NCBI GenBank assembly: GCA_963575745.1 | Contig: CAUYUJ010000170.1 | Span: 434,001-498,000, forward strand | Reading direction: 5' to 3' | Source: Prorocentrum cordatum | Lineage: Eukaryota | Length of the DNA: 64,000 bases | In this document: one piece after another, positions 37,344 through 50,590 of the stretch | How positions within the stretch are numbered: the stretch's first letter is position 1 | Layout: every line of letters begins with the position of its first letter | Made by a program: the position numbers and the translations under genes | Notes under the pieces: model-generated | Seen by the model: only the letters and a program-made list of their open reading frames with translations | What the model was told of the DNA's origin: nothing | Database searches by the model: none

Positions 37344-39028
37344 CACGAACACGAACACGAACATGAACGCGAACACGAACACGACGACGGCGGCGGCGCC
37401 GGCGACAGCGACAGCGGCGGCGGCGGCGGCGCCCGTGCAGCCTCGGCCGCCGCCCTCGCCTGGCTCTCCTGGTGCTTCAGAATCTCCTCTCGCGGGGCGC
37501 GGAGCGGAGCAGCACTCGGCGGCATGTCGGCGGCAATTCGGTGGCAGTTCAGCACAAACCGTCGGCGGCGCTCTGGCGGTGCTGGTCGGCCCTGGGCGGC
37601 CCTGGGCGGCCCTTGGAGGCGTCGGCGGCCTCCTCCTCCTCCTCCTCCTCCTCCTCCTCCTCCTCCTCCTCCTCCTCCTCCTCCTCCTCCTCCTCCTCCT
37701 CCTCCTCCTCCTCCTCCTGGCCCGCAAGACAACCCAGGAGCCCAAGAGTCCCCCAAGATGGCCCAAAGGGCCCCCAAGACTATCCTCGGCACGGCCGCAG
37801 AGGCCCCTGGTGGAAGGCCCGGTGTCAGGCCGAAGGTCGAAGAAATCTAGCAAAACAACAGTCCGATAGAACTCCACACATTTGCGGCCTACCGCGCGCG
37901 CCGGAAGACGTCGGAAATGTTTAGCCCCACGGCGGGAATCTCAAGTTGCCCTCGCTCAACCATGAGTACAGTTCTCGACGATTTACACGAGCCAACAGTT
38001 TGACGGCCCCAAGGCCAGCAGCCCCAGGCCCGACAAGAGCCTATCTGGGGAATCCGCGGGATGCCAAACGAGCGAACGTTTTTAAACTATAGTGCGGAAC
38101 CGGCTGACTGTCCCTAGGAAAAGACGAGGAAGAGGCCGCAACATGCCGCACCAGCGGCGGCGCCCCCGAGGGGCGCGAACAGGGCTGGCTCTGTCAGGAC
38201 CTGCCCTCGGAAGTCCTGAGAGGTCGATACACCTGACTCCCAGCACCGCCCTGTGTGCACTCCCAACGGGGGCCCGTGGAGGCCGATCCACTGCACTCCG
38301 AGCGCCATCATGCGGACTTCGACCCACTGCGCTCTCAGCAACACTCCGCAGCACCGCTATCTGCGCAGTCGGGCGTGTCGCTGACTGTCACGAGACATCA
38401 GGACGCATACTTTCTGGACTGCCACCAGCTCCAGTGGGAACGACATCAGACGCTCAACATCCCTGTGTCATGCCAGCACACGCAGGAATTGCCCCCCGCA
38501 AGCGGTCAGCTCCCGAAGCAGCGACCTAAGGCGTAAAATCCCCCTTGCACAATGCCCCGATCTGCCAGCGTGGAAGACGGCGACGCACGTAAAATATTGA
38601 AACTATCTGTACTCGGCCCCACTCCCTAGTCTATGTATCCCTGTTTCTCTTTGCGCTGTGCTTGCGGTACCTTCCTCCTCGCATATACATGTCCTCGAGT
38701 CCGTCCATCGCCATGTGCGCGGCCCCCTCCACATTGGACCCCAGCGCCGCGACCCCTTCATCATGACTGGGCCCGTCAGAGACACAACCACTGCGGCCGC
38801 GCCTTTTCGCATGCCTGGCTGACGCGAAAACCCTTCACGATCGTTGCCATCTCGCTCATGTCCAAGATGCCGTCGAGCTTCGCTTTCTGGATGTCACAAG
38901 CTTGCTTGTTCCGAACTCCCGCGCTGTCCCCCACCCTCGTTATATGATCGCGCACCGCCGAGAATACCTGCGCGCACGCTGGCCCCATGGCAGCCTCTGG
39001 AGACTGCTTGTTGGTAGAATCCCCGTTG

Positions 39029-39360
39029 CATCATCGTCAACATCCTCATCAGCAGCATGATCATGAGCATCATCGCCAGCTTCATCAACATCCTCCTCCT
39101 CCTCATCATCATCAGCATCAGCATCATCACCACAATCGTCATCAGAATCATCATCAGCATCAGCCTCATAACCAGCGGCAGCAGCAGCAGCGTCACCATC
39201 GTCATCGTCATCAACATCACCATCATCAGCATGATCAACATCAGCGTAATCAGAATCATCATCATCATCAGCAGCAGCAGGAGCAGCATCAGCATCATCA
39301 TCATCAGCATCAGCAGCATAACCATAATCAGAATCATCACCAGCATCATCATCATCATCG

Positions 39361-39395
<35 letters not shown>

Positions 39396-39860
39396 GTCAC
39401 CATTATCATCAACATCATCATGTTCATGACCATCATCATCACCACCATCAGCATCATCAGCATCGTCGTCAACGTCATCATCCTCATCGTCATCATCATC
39501 AGAAGCAGCATCATCATCATGAGCAGCGGCAGCAGCATCATCATCAGCATCATCATGATTATCACCAGCATGATCATCAGCATCAACAGCATAACCATCA
39601 TCATCAGCATCATCATAAGAGTCAGCATCATCCTCATCACCAGCATCGTCATCAGAATCATCGCCATGATCATGAGCACCATCATCACCACCGTCATCAG
39701 CATCATCATCATTGTCATCATCATCAGCATCATCAGCATCATCAGCATCATCATCGTCATCAGCAGCAGCATCATCAGAAGCAGCGGCAGCAGCAGCAGC
39801 ACCAGCATCATCATCAGCATGATCACCATCATCATCAGAATCATCATCAGCATCATCATC
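39029..39860. repeat. Degenerate (CAT)n/(CAG)n tract
   Basis: Directly visible; similar tracts at ~29880-30190, 31650-31905, 41940-42430, 43730-45280 and 47565-48715. Confidence 0.95.
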
Positions 39861-41002
39861 ACTGGCCTCCTCTCGCCCCGAAGACGGCCAGGGAGTAGCC
39901 CGCCCACTCCGCGCACTTCTGTTCACACACAGGAGTCCACCGTTTCGTCTGTCATCATAAGGTGTCTTGTTCCACTTGGAACGCTCAATACAGGGCTTCC
40001 GCTGCAGCGCTGACCTCATTCTCGGATCGGCGCTCTCGTCGTTCACAGTGGCGCTCTCGCCCCAGCGAGGGCCACCTTTCTCGATCCGAGTGTTTCCTCA
40101 TCGCTGTCGCCCCCATGCCTTCCCTTCCTCCCCCTTCCTCTGGTCTTCCTGCTCCTCCCGCTCCTTACACTCCAGCTCCCGCTGATTATTTTTGTCCTCC
40201 TCCTCCTCCTCCCCCTCCTCCTCCTCCTCCTCCCCTCCTCCTCCTCCTCCTCCTCATCCTCCTCCTCCTCCTCCTCTCGCTTTCGATCAAGATCGAATCG
40301 TTGGCGTCGTCGGCTGTGTTCCCGTTTTCTCCCCCTCGTTCGCCTCTTCCCTCCTCGCCCCGCGGCCGCGATGTCCACTCCGTGCCCTGGCGGGCGACGC
40401 CGGCGCCCGCCCGTCCTGCCTGGGCGGCCGCCGGGCGCTCGCTGCCCGCTGTCGTGGGGGCCTCCACGGCGCTGCCGGGCGGCGCCGCTGCACGATTGCA
40501 GCAGCTCCTTGCGGGTCCACCCTGCGCCCACCTGCGGGCGGCCAGCCCAGGGGGGGAGAGTGAGAGGGGGCGGGCCTTCTCCGAAGGCTCAGACGTCCCC
40601 CGGCCTTCTAAAAAGTGTGCTTCGCAATTCCCCGAGGACGCCAAGAGCTGTGAGCAGAGGGCCGGAGGGCTCTCGAGAAGCCCCAACCGCTTTCTGGCAG
40701 GGCCTTCTCCTTCTCCCTTCCCCCCCCCCCTCGCTCGCCGGCCAACCTGGCGTCCTGGGCTGCTGCGCCTGGGGCCGCGATGGGGCGCGCAGGGCTGCGG
40801 CCCCAACGCCGCCCGCCGCGCCTTGCTAATGCCGCTCGCCTGCTGGACGGCCGTGCCGGGCCGGGCGGGGGCGCAGGAAGGCGCTGGCAGCGCTCCCGCG
40901 CCGTCTGCCCCGCGGTCGGGCCGAAGCGCCCCGTCCGCTGTGCCGGAAGCGTGAGGCTCCGCCGGAGCGGTGGGGAGGGCGGCGGGCGTCGTGGCTCGGC
41001 TG

Positions 41003-41178
41003 CAGTAGGGGCTCGACCACGAGAAACCTTCCACGAGAAGCCCAACCCTGAGACCCCAGGATGTCCATTGATTTTTGGTGTGGGAGCGTCACGCTTTCCA
41101 TGGCAAAACCATCGAGACCCCAGAACCCCAGGGCACCATGGAGGCAAGCAGGGGGTCTCTTGGCACGGGTTTCCACTG
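41003..41178. mobile_element. Second copy of the MITE-like element, with CAGT...ACTG termini
   Basis: CAGTAGGGGCTCGACCAC...CCCTGAGACCCCAGGA...GCAAAACCATCGA...TGGAGGCAAGCAGGG...TCCACTG followed by TA. Confidence 0.75.
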
Positions 41179-41989
41179 TACACGCAGGAGTGCCCCTGGG
41201 TAAGAGTGAGCAGTGGTGCGCGGCTTTCTGGGGGCCGCGGGGGGATGACGAGACGAACACAAGAGCTCAAGATGCTACTATCGCAGCGCATTCGGCGATG
41301 GGGGGACCCCGGTGGGCCCGCACCAGAGGTCACTCTGGCGAAGGGTCACTCTTCGGTGTAGCCGAGCCGTGCTCGACGCGAAGGGGCGTGGCGTGCTGGG
41401 TGCTCCGCTGGCGCAGCGGCCGCGCGGCGCGGCCGCGGAGGGCAGCGCGGAGGCGTGCGGCGCCGCGCCGCGCGCCCTCGTGGTTCGCGGGCTCGCCGAG
41501 CCCGTGCTGATCCTCGGCCAGTTTGGGGACACGGTCTGTGGGCCCTGGAATGGTCAAGCCCACCCCAGGCTCCCCGCTAACGCGCTGTTGCGCCGCTGCT
41601 TCCGCCCCACATCGAGGGCGGAGGGGGTCCCCCTCTTCGTCTTGCTGCTCTTCCGGCTCCTCCGCCACCACCACCACCACCACCTCCTGCTCCTCCTCCT
41701 CCTCCTCCTCCTCCTCCTCCTCCTCCTCCTCCTCCTCCTCCTCCTCCTTCTCCCTCTCCTAACATGTACATAACTCCCCTTTTTCCGATTGCGCATGACA
41801 GTTCCAGGTCCGCCATGACACGCGTCCATCGATAAAGACAAGTCAGCGCAATGGAAAGGGATGGGTGGGAGAGGTAGGATGTCAGATATGGTACGAGCGC
41901 ACCTAGCTTGTCTCTCCTCCACTCTCCTCTCTCCTAACCGTCCTCATCACCGTCATTACCACCACCACCACCACCGCCCTCACCATCAT

Positions 41990-42020
<31 letters not shown>

Positions 42021-42562
42021 ATCATCATCATCAGCATCATCATCAGCATCATCATCATCAGCGCAGCATCAGCATCAGCATTAGCAGTCATTAGCAGCAA
42101 CATTATGAACAACAGTAGCATCATCAGCATCATGGTAATCCGAATCACCATAATCGTCATCGTCGTCATCGTCGTCACCACCATCATCATCATAGTTATC
42201 GTCAGCATCATCATCAGCATCAGCATCATCAGCAGCATCACCAGTGTCATCATCATCAGCAGCATCATAAGCATCCCCACCACCATCATCATCGTCATCA
42301 TCAGCATCATCACCACCATCAGCATCATCATCATCACCATCATCAGCATCAGCATCAACATCGCCATCACCATCACCATCACCATCATCACCATCACCAG
42401 AATCACCATCATCTCGATCGTCATGATGATCCTACCCCTCCCCCTCGCCCCCCCCCTCCTCCGCCGCCTCGCCCAACCCAAGCCGGAGGCTGCCCGAACC
42501 GCTCCCCGCTCCCCGCTGGGCGCGCGGCCCTGGGCGCGCGGCGGCTACCACGGCGGGGGCTC

Positions 42563-42626
42563 CTTCTTCTGCTCCTGCATCTTCTGCCTGGCCTTCATCT
42601 CCTCGAGGAGGGAGTCCATCTCCCGC
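42563..42626 (-). CDS. Candidate 64-nt internal exon (REMDSLLEEMKARQKMQEQKK), a charged helix reminiscent of the pre-RRM segment of U2SURP/SR140-like splicing factors
   Basis: GCAG|G acceptor, AAG|GA donor, all 21 full codons end in G/C. Family resemblance is from memory and unverified. Confidence 0.5.
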
Positions 42627-42889
42627 CTGCCAGACTTCGCGTCCCCGACGCTCAAGGGTCGACGGGAGGGGGGGCTCGACAGAGGCTTTCGGAAGACTCG
42701 CGGACCTTCTGCTGCTGCTGCTGTACTGTTTCAGGGCCTCTGGGGGCCTCCAGGGGCCTCCACGGGCACGGGCAGTTCGGCTCCTTCCCCTGGAAGCTCG
42801 ACCCCTTCCCTGGGGCCGGCGTTCGAACCTCTGGGAAGGCTGGGTGACGCGGAGGTCCCAAGAGGTCCAGGGAGGCCCACGACAAATTC

Positions 42890-43370
42890 AAACACACACA
42901 CACATACACACATCCATACATACATACATACATACATACATACATACATACATACATACATACATCCATCCATCCATCCATCCATCCATCCATCCATCCA
43001 TCCATCCATCCATTATATCCATCCATCCATCCATCCATCCATCCATCCATCCATCCATCCATCCATACATACATACATACATACATACATACATACATAC
43101 ACTCATACATACATATATGCCTGCATGCATACATACATACATGCATACATGGCATACATGCATACACACATACTTACTTACGCACACATACGTGCATACA
43201 AATATACGTATACGTGCAAATACTCATAGACATACAAATACAGATACACATACACATACACATACACATAGACATAGACATGGACATACACTTAGACATA
43301 TACATACAAGCATACAAACACACAAACATACAAACATGCATACATACATACAAACATACATACACACACA
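42890..43370. repeat. Compound (CATA)n/(CATC)n/(CA)n microsatellite
   Basis: Directly visible. Confidence 0.95.
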
Positions 43371-44946
43371 AAACAAAATTCCATATCAAGCGACCTTCGA
43401 TCCTCGACCCTCCTCCTCCTCCTCTTCCTCCTCGTTCTCCTCCTCCTCCTCCTCCTCCTCCTCCTCCTCCTCCTCGTCCTCCTCCCATGGCCCACCCTCC
43501 TCCCGAAGGGGTCTCCGTGACCGAGAGGTTTCCAGAGGTCTCCAGGGACCCAAAGCAGCTTCTCCAAGAGCAACCCAAAAACTGAGTCTCATATCCAGCA
43601 GCCCTCGGTTCTCGACCCTGATCCTCCACCTCCCATCCACCGCCCCCTGCTGCTCACTCTCTTCCCCCTCCTCCTTATCCGCATCCTCCTCCTCTTCCTC
43701 CTCTTCGTCCTTCTCATACTCCGTCGAAAAATCAGCATCCTCACCACCACCACCAACATCAGCATCATCAGCATCATCATCATCAGCAGCATCATCATCA
43801 TCGTCATCATCAGCATCATCATCAGCATCACCATTATCAGCGTCATCAACACACCATCATCATCATCGTCATCAACGTCATCAACAACATCATCAACATC
43901 ATGAATCATCATCAGCAGCATCATCGCCACCATCATCCATCATGTTCAGCAGCATCATCATCACAATATGCATCTTCATCATCATCAGCAGCAACATCAT
44001 CTTCAGCATCAGCATCCTTATCATCACCGTCATCAGCATCGTCATCATCATCATCGTTATCATCCGCATCGTCATTATTGTTTGTCGCGCGATAATTATA
44101 AGTACTGCGATTAGCATGCCCATCATCAGCATCATCATCAACATCATCATCACTATCGTCATCATCACCATCATCATCGGCATCAGCGTCGTCACCACCA
44201 TCAGTATCATCCTCCGCCTAATCAGCATCCTCCTTCTCATCAGCATCAAACTCATCAGCATCCTACTCTCAATCATCGGTATCCTCAGCATCATCATCAG
44301 AACAATCATCGCCATCACCATCACCAGCATAATCAACATCATCATCATCAGCATCATCACCATAACCATAATCCTCTTCATCACCACCATCATGATCATC
44401 ATCATCATCATCCCTCTCCTCCTCCTCCTCCTCCTCCTCCTCCTCCTCCTCATCGTCCTCCGCATATTCACCATCACCATCCTCCGCATCCGTATTATCA
44501 TCCTGATCATGATCATGAACATCATCCTTATCATCCTTCATCAGTAGTCTCACCCTGATCATTACCGTCATCATCATCAACAGCAGCAGCTGCATCATCA
44601 TCCTCTCTAACAGTATCACCATGATCATCCTCATCATCAGCAGCATCATCATCATTACCATCATCATCCTCTTCCTACTCCTCCTCCGCCTCCTCCTTGT
44701 CCTCCTTCTCATCCTCTTCCTCCCCCTCCTTTCATCCTCTTCCTCATCGCCATCATCCTCCCTTGCCTCTTTATCCTCATCCTCAGCATCAGCAGCAGCA
44801 TCAGCAGCGTAGCGTAATCATCAGCTTAATTAGCTTCGCCATCGTCATCATTCTCCTCATCATCATCAGCATCCTCCTCCTCCTCATCATCATCCTCCTC
44901 GTCGTCCTCCTCCTCTTCATCAGCAATCATCGTCCTCATCTCCTCC

Positions 44947-44977
<31 letters not shown>

Positions 44978-45180
44978 CATCAGCATCATCATCGTCATCA
45001 TCGTCATCATCATCACCGTCAAAATCATCGTCGTCGTCATCACCATCAGTTGACCGTATCAGTATCACCATCGTCGTCGTCACCAACATCAGCATCGTCC
45101 TCGTCCTCATCCTTCTCCTCCACATCATCCTCCTAATCCTCCTCGTCATCCTCCCCGCATCCTCATCCTCCCATCATCAC

Positions 45181-45264
<84 letters not shown>

Positions 45265-46604
45265 TACCATCATCAGCATCCTCGTCCTCCTGCGCCTCCT
45301 CCTCCCCGCGAAGCCCGGCCCTGGCAGGTGCAGCCAGCGGCGGCCCCCACATGCCACCCCCCCCTCGGGACGACACGCGCCAGCACCCCTTGTTCCTCCT
45401 GCTCTTCTTGCTCCTCCTGCTCTTCCTGCTATTCCTTCTCCTCCTCCTCCCCCCTCCTCCTGCTCGTCCTGCTCTTCCTCCTCCTCCACCTCCTCCTCCT
45501 TTTCCTCCTCCTCCTCCTCCTCCTCCTCCTCCTCCTCCTCCTCCGCACTCCTCCTCCCTCCTCCTCCGCACTCCGCCTCTTCCTCCTCCTCCTCCTCCTC
45601 CTCCTCCTCCTCCTCCTCCTCCTCCTCCTCCTCCGTATCCGTATCCGACGTTCAGCAAACATCAGCGGCGGGGCTGTTGCGTTCGGGTGACGAGAAAATC
45701 AGAGGGCAGAGAGGCAGCCGTGACGGAGCCAAATGCAGTATAGTATAACCATCGCGTTGCGGCAGGAGTGCTGGCAAGAATGTGGAGCTGGCGAAAGGTG
45801 CAGGACAAGTAGAGCTGAGATGGCAGCATGGAAGAGGACGGGAAGAAGCGGGGAGGCGTCGTGCGCTAAAAGGCCCAGCGCGATCACGCTCCTCCTCCTC
45901 CTCCTCCCCTCCTCCTCCTCCTCCTCCTCCTCCTCCTCCTCCTCCGCCTCCTCCTCCTCCTCCTCCTCCTCCTCCTCTCCTCCTCCTCCTCCTCCTCCTC
46001 CTCCTCCTCCTCCTCCTCCTCCTCTCTCCTCCTCCTCCTCCTCCTCCTCCTCCTCCTCCTCCTCCCTCCTCCTCCTCCTCCTCCTCCTCCTCCTCCTCCT
46101 CCTCCTCCTCCTCCTCCTCCTCCTCCTCCTCCTCCCTCTCGTCCTTCCCTTTCTCCTCCTCCTCCTCCTCCTCCAGCTTGCGCCGCCTGGGCGGCCCCGA
46201 CGACCTCCGCGGCTGGGACGCTGGCTGCGGCGGCGTCGGCACGCCCCGCGGCGGAGCCGCGCCTTTTGCGGGGAAAAAGGGGGGGAAGGCGGCCACGGGG
46301 GCGCTGCTGGGCGGTGGGGGGGGGGGAGGGGGGAAGGAGGGACGCGGCAGGTCCGCCTCGTGCCGACCTAGGCGCTGCGTGCTGGCACCGCGTGGACCTT
46401 TCAACCTTGAACGCTCGGTGGCTCTTCGATCGCCAGGTCGTTCCATCCTGCCCGATTCTGGGCCACTGGCGGCGTTCAGCCTCAAACGCCCGCGCTGGGG
46501 CCTTCGCCGCGCCGGCACGGCACGAGGCTGCCGTGCGAGAACGGCGCCCATGCACCGCACCACGATCGGACTGCCTTGGGGCCCCGCTTCAACGCGGTGC
46601 GGTG

Positions 46605-46760
46605 CTGCCCGAACGTACACCAATTAGCGCGAAGCTCATCCAGGAGCACTATCTTGTGCCCGTCGTATCCCTCCCACCCTTTGTATGATGTGGGCCGGTA
46701 AATTTCATCGACAGGGTGTGATTCCCACACGAACCGTGTCTTGCCCACCCCTGTTTTGTC
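46605..46760 (-). pseudogene. rep: Fragment of a CRESS-DNA-virus-type Rep, SF3 helicase domain (Walker A to just past Walker B)
   Basis: DKTGVGKTRFVWESHPVDEIYRPTSYKGWEGYDGHKIVLLDELRANWCTFGQ shows GxxGxGKT, (W)WxGYxG and hhhhDE with circovirus-like spacing; HUH domain and motif C are absent. Confidence 0.85.
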
Positions 46761-48195
46761 CCGTCTGTGGCTCCGAGTGCCGAACAATTCTATGCACTGC
46801 ACCGTTCCTGGGTCAAGAGCACACGATGCCAACGCGGCACGCCGAAACGCGGCACGGCGCACCCGCATCGTCCGCGAAGAAGGCCTGTAGCAGAGGGAGG
46901 GGAGGGAGGGAAGGGAGGGAGACAGCGTCCTGGAGGCCTTCGTAAGAACGGCTCAGGGCTAACAGGCCCGACTCAGGGGGTGTTCAGTCGAATCGACCCT
47001 GAGTTAGCCTGGGATCCAGCCAAGTAAAACCAGATTCAACGGGATACGGCGGAATTAAGCGGGATGATACAGTCGGGCTGCTGAAAGAAAGAGACAGAAA
47101 GAACGGAGACCCTTTTTTCCAAGTCAAGGCATGACATCCGAAAGAACGGCCGCAAAAGGAACACCGAAGGAGCTGGCGACCAACAGAGCAACGGAACGCA
47201 TGCAAATCTAAGGAACCACCGAGCCCCTTCCGACCTCAAACAGGACCTTCTGTCAACGAGCTGACTGTAAAGGATCCCGCCGATTTTCGACCACGTATAC
47301 ACCAGCGCCGATGCTGAGTTCAACCTGACATGAATTCGATCCAAAGGGAGAAGGGGGAAAGAAGAAGGGAGAAAGGAAAGGAATAATGAAGGAGGGAAGG
47401 AAGGGAGGAAAGAAATGGAGAGGCAGGGAGAGGAAGGGAGGAGGAGCAATCGAAAAAACGGGAGGAAGAGAGGGAGAAGAGAATGAAGAAGGTCCTTCTC
47501 ATCACCATTTTGCTCTTCCTTCCCCTCCGCTATCCCTCCCGCTCCCTCCTGATCCGCCTCCTTCTCATCATCGTACAGCAGCATTATAATCGGCATCATT
47601 ACGGGCCTCATCATCAACAACATCATCAACAGCATCGGCATCGTCATGAATATCCTCATCGACACCACCATCATCATCAGCATCATCAGCATCATCACCA
47701 CAACCATCATCATCGTCATCATCAGCATCATCAGCATCATATTCATCATACTCGTCAGCATCCTCGCCATCATCATCGTCATCAGCATCAGCATCAGCAC
47801 CATCATCATCATCATCATCATCATCACTATCATCGACATCGTGGTCGGCATCATCATCAGCACCAGCATCATCATCGACGTCGCCATCATCATCATCATC
47901 ATCATCATCATCATGATCATCATCATCAGCATCATCATCCTCAGCATCATCATAATCGCCAGCACCATCATTATCAGCATCAGCAGCATCATAGTCATCC
48001 ATCATCATCAGCATCATCAGCATCATCAGCAACATCCTCATAATACTAATCAGCATCACCATCATCACCAACAGCCTCATCATCGTCACCGTCGTCATCG
48101 CCATCGTCATCATCATCATCAGCAGCAACATCGTCGGCATCATCAGCATTATGATCGTCATCATCATCACCATCAGCATCAGCGTCATCATTAGT

Positions 48196-48241
<46 letters not shown>

Positions 48242-48248
48242 GCATCGT

Positions 48249-48279
<31 letters not shown>

Positions 48280-48607
48280 AGCAGCATCATCACCGTCATC
48301 CTTAGCTTCGTCAGCATCATCGTCGCCATCATCATCAGCATCAGCATCACTATTAGTATCATCATCACCATCAGCATCGTCATCGGCATCAGCATCATCC
48401 TCATCTTCATCATCATCACCATCACCATCGCCGTCATGAACCTCACCACCATCATCATCAGCATCAGCATCAGCATCATCGTCATCATCTTCAGCGTCGT
48501 CAATCGTCATCACCATCGTCATCATCATCGTCATCATCATGAACAGCATCATCATCACTCATCATCACCACCATCAGCATCATCAGCATCATCATCATCA
48601 TCATCAG

Positions 48608-48651
<44 letters not shown>

Positions 48652-48982
48652 GTATCAGCATCATCATCATCATCGCAACGACCATCGCCACCACCATCAC
48701 CACTCCATCATCATCTGTTAAGCAGAATCAACATCACGGCCATCATCGTCGAGCTCCTCATCCGCATCGGTACTCCGTCTCCTCCTCCTCCTCCTGCTCG
48801 TCCCCGGACTTCAACATCCCTCCTCCTACCTCTTCCTACGCCCTCCTCCAGCTCCGCGTCCTTCCTCTCACCCGCCTCCCTCCTCCGTCATCCCTCCTCC
48901 CTCCCCTCCTCCTCCTGCTGCTCCTCCTCTTCCTCCTCTCCTCCTCCTCCTTCTCCTCCTCATTCCCCCCCTCCTCCTCCAC

Positions 48983-49082
48983 NNNNNNNNNNNNNNNNNN
49001 NNNNNNNNNNNNNNNNNNNNNNNNNNNNNNNNNNNNNNNNNNNNNNNNNNNNNNNNNNNNNNNNNNNNNNNNNNNNNNNNNN
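48983..49082. other. Assembly gap (100 N)
   Basis: Run of exactly 100 N. Confidence 0.99.
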
Positions 49083-49129
49083 TTGCGGCCAAGGAATGCC
49101 CTGGCCACTGCAAGCAGCTGTCAGACCTC

Positions 49130-49435
49130 GTGCATGATAATAAAGGCCATGACTTATTTTATTATGAGCACCTTGATCATCCCACGAGTATTCTGGTGTG
49201 CCATAAGTGTGGATCCCACTCTGAAGGGTTGGGTCGAGGGCTCACTGGAGGCTGTGGCACTCGAGTGAGCCACCAAGGAGCGGCTACTCAACTTGCCCGT
49301 GTCCAGGAGGGTCGTGATCCCAAGGGTTCTAAGCCATCCCCGATCCTATATATGACCCCCGCAATCCCCCTGGCCAGATTGGTGCGCGAAGAGCAGGCCA
49401 ATGTCAGTGGAGAGGAGGCACCAAGCCCTCCATAG
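49130..49435 (+). mobile_element. Probable 3'-terminal Cys/His-domain remnant of a non-LTR retrotransposon ORF, next to the gap
   Basis: KGHDL...ILVCHKCGSHS...RGLTGGC...QLARVQEGRDP; same pattern as 14393-14830. Confidence 0.5.
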
Positions 49436-49814
49436 TCAGCCGTGTTCTCTCATGGCGGACATCGAACACCCCATCAGCCATGTGCGTGTCCTCCTCCTCC
49501 TCCTCCTCCTCCTCCTCCTCCTCCTCCTCATAGTCATCATCATCACCATCCTCGCCGCAGTCCTTTTGCTGGTCACCCTCCATTGTCTCATATGCTTCGC
49601 GATACTCCCAGCTGCATATGGTTGGGTCCATACCCAAGGTAATTTTGCTCGTCCTTCAAAACGTGGACCCCCTGATGTCTCCCCCTGGCATGTGTAGGCT
49701 CTCTTCCTGTTCTCGTCCTTCCGCCCTTTGTCTCCGCCGCTGATGCCAGATACGGCGATGGACGCAGTCAGGAAAGTACTGGGCCCAAGGGCTGCGGCAG
49801 TTCGATGAGACTTG

Positions 49815-50590
49815 GATGACGTCGACGACGATGACGATGACGATGACGATGACGACGGCGACGACGACGAGGATAGTGATAATGATACTGATGCTGGTAA
49901 TGATAATGGGAAGGGTAATGGTAATTCTGATTCGGCTGCTGCTGATGATTTTGATGCTGCTGCTGATGATCATAATGATGATCATGATGATGACAATGAT
50001 GATGATGTTCAGGATGCAGATCATGATAACGATAATGGAAATGATAACGATACTGACAATGATGATGCTGCTGCTGATACTGATGTTGATGATCATGACG
50101 ATTGTCATGATGTTGATGATGTAGGTGATGCTAACCATGATGATGAGGACGATACTGATTATGATGGTGAGCGGGGTTATGGTGATGTTTCTTGCTGCTG
50201 CCGAAGTATGATGATGATGAGTAATGTTTGTTGTTGTGCTACGATGATGACGATGACGATGCTGCTGATGATGATTTTGATGATGATGATTCTGATGATG
50301 ATGATGATGCTGGTGATGAGGTTGACAATGGTGATGATGATGATGATGATGACGAGGATGGCGATGTTGTTGATGATGATGGTGATGATGTTTAATATGC
50401 TGACGAGGATGATGAGGAGGTAGGTGCTGAAGTTGTTGCTCCTGCTGCTGCTGATGATGATGATGATGATGATGATGATGCTGATGACTGATGATGGTGG
50501 TGGTGGTGGTGGTGATGGTGGTGGTGGTTGTGATGATGATAGGTGATGGTGACGTCTCGGATCATGGTCATGCTGATATTGTGATGAGGA
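49815..50590. repeat. Degenerate (GAT)n tract, reverse polarity of the upstream (CAT)n tracts
   Basis: Directly visible. Confidence 0.95.
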
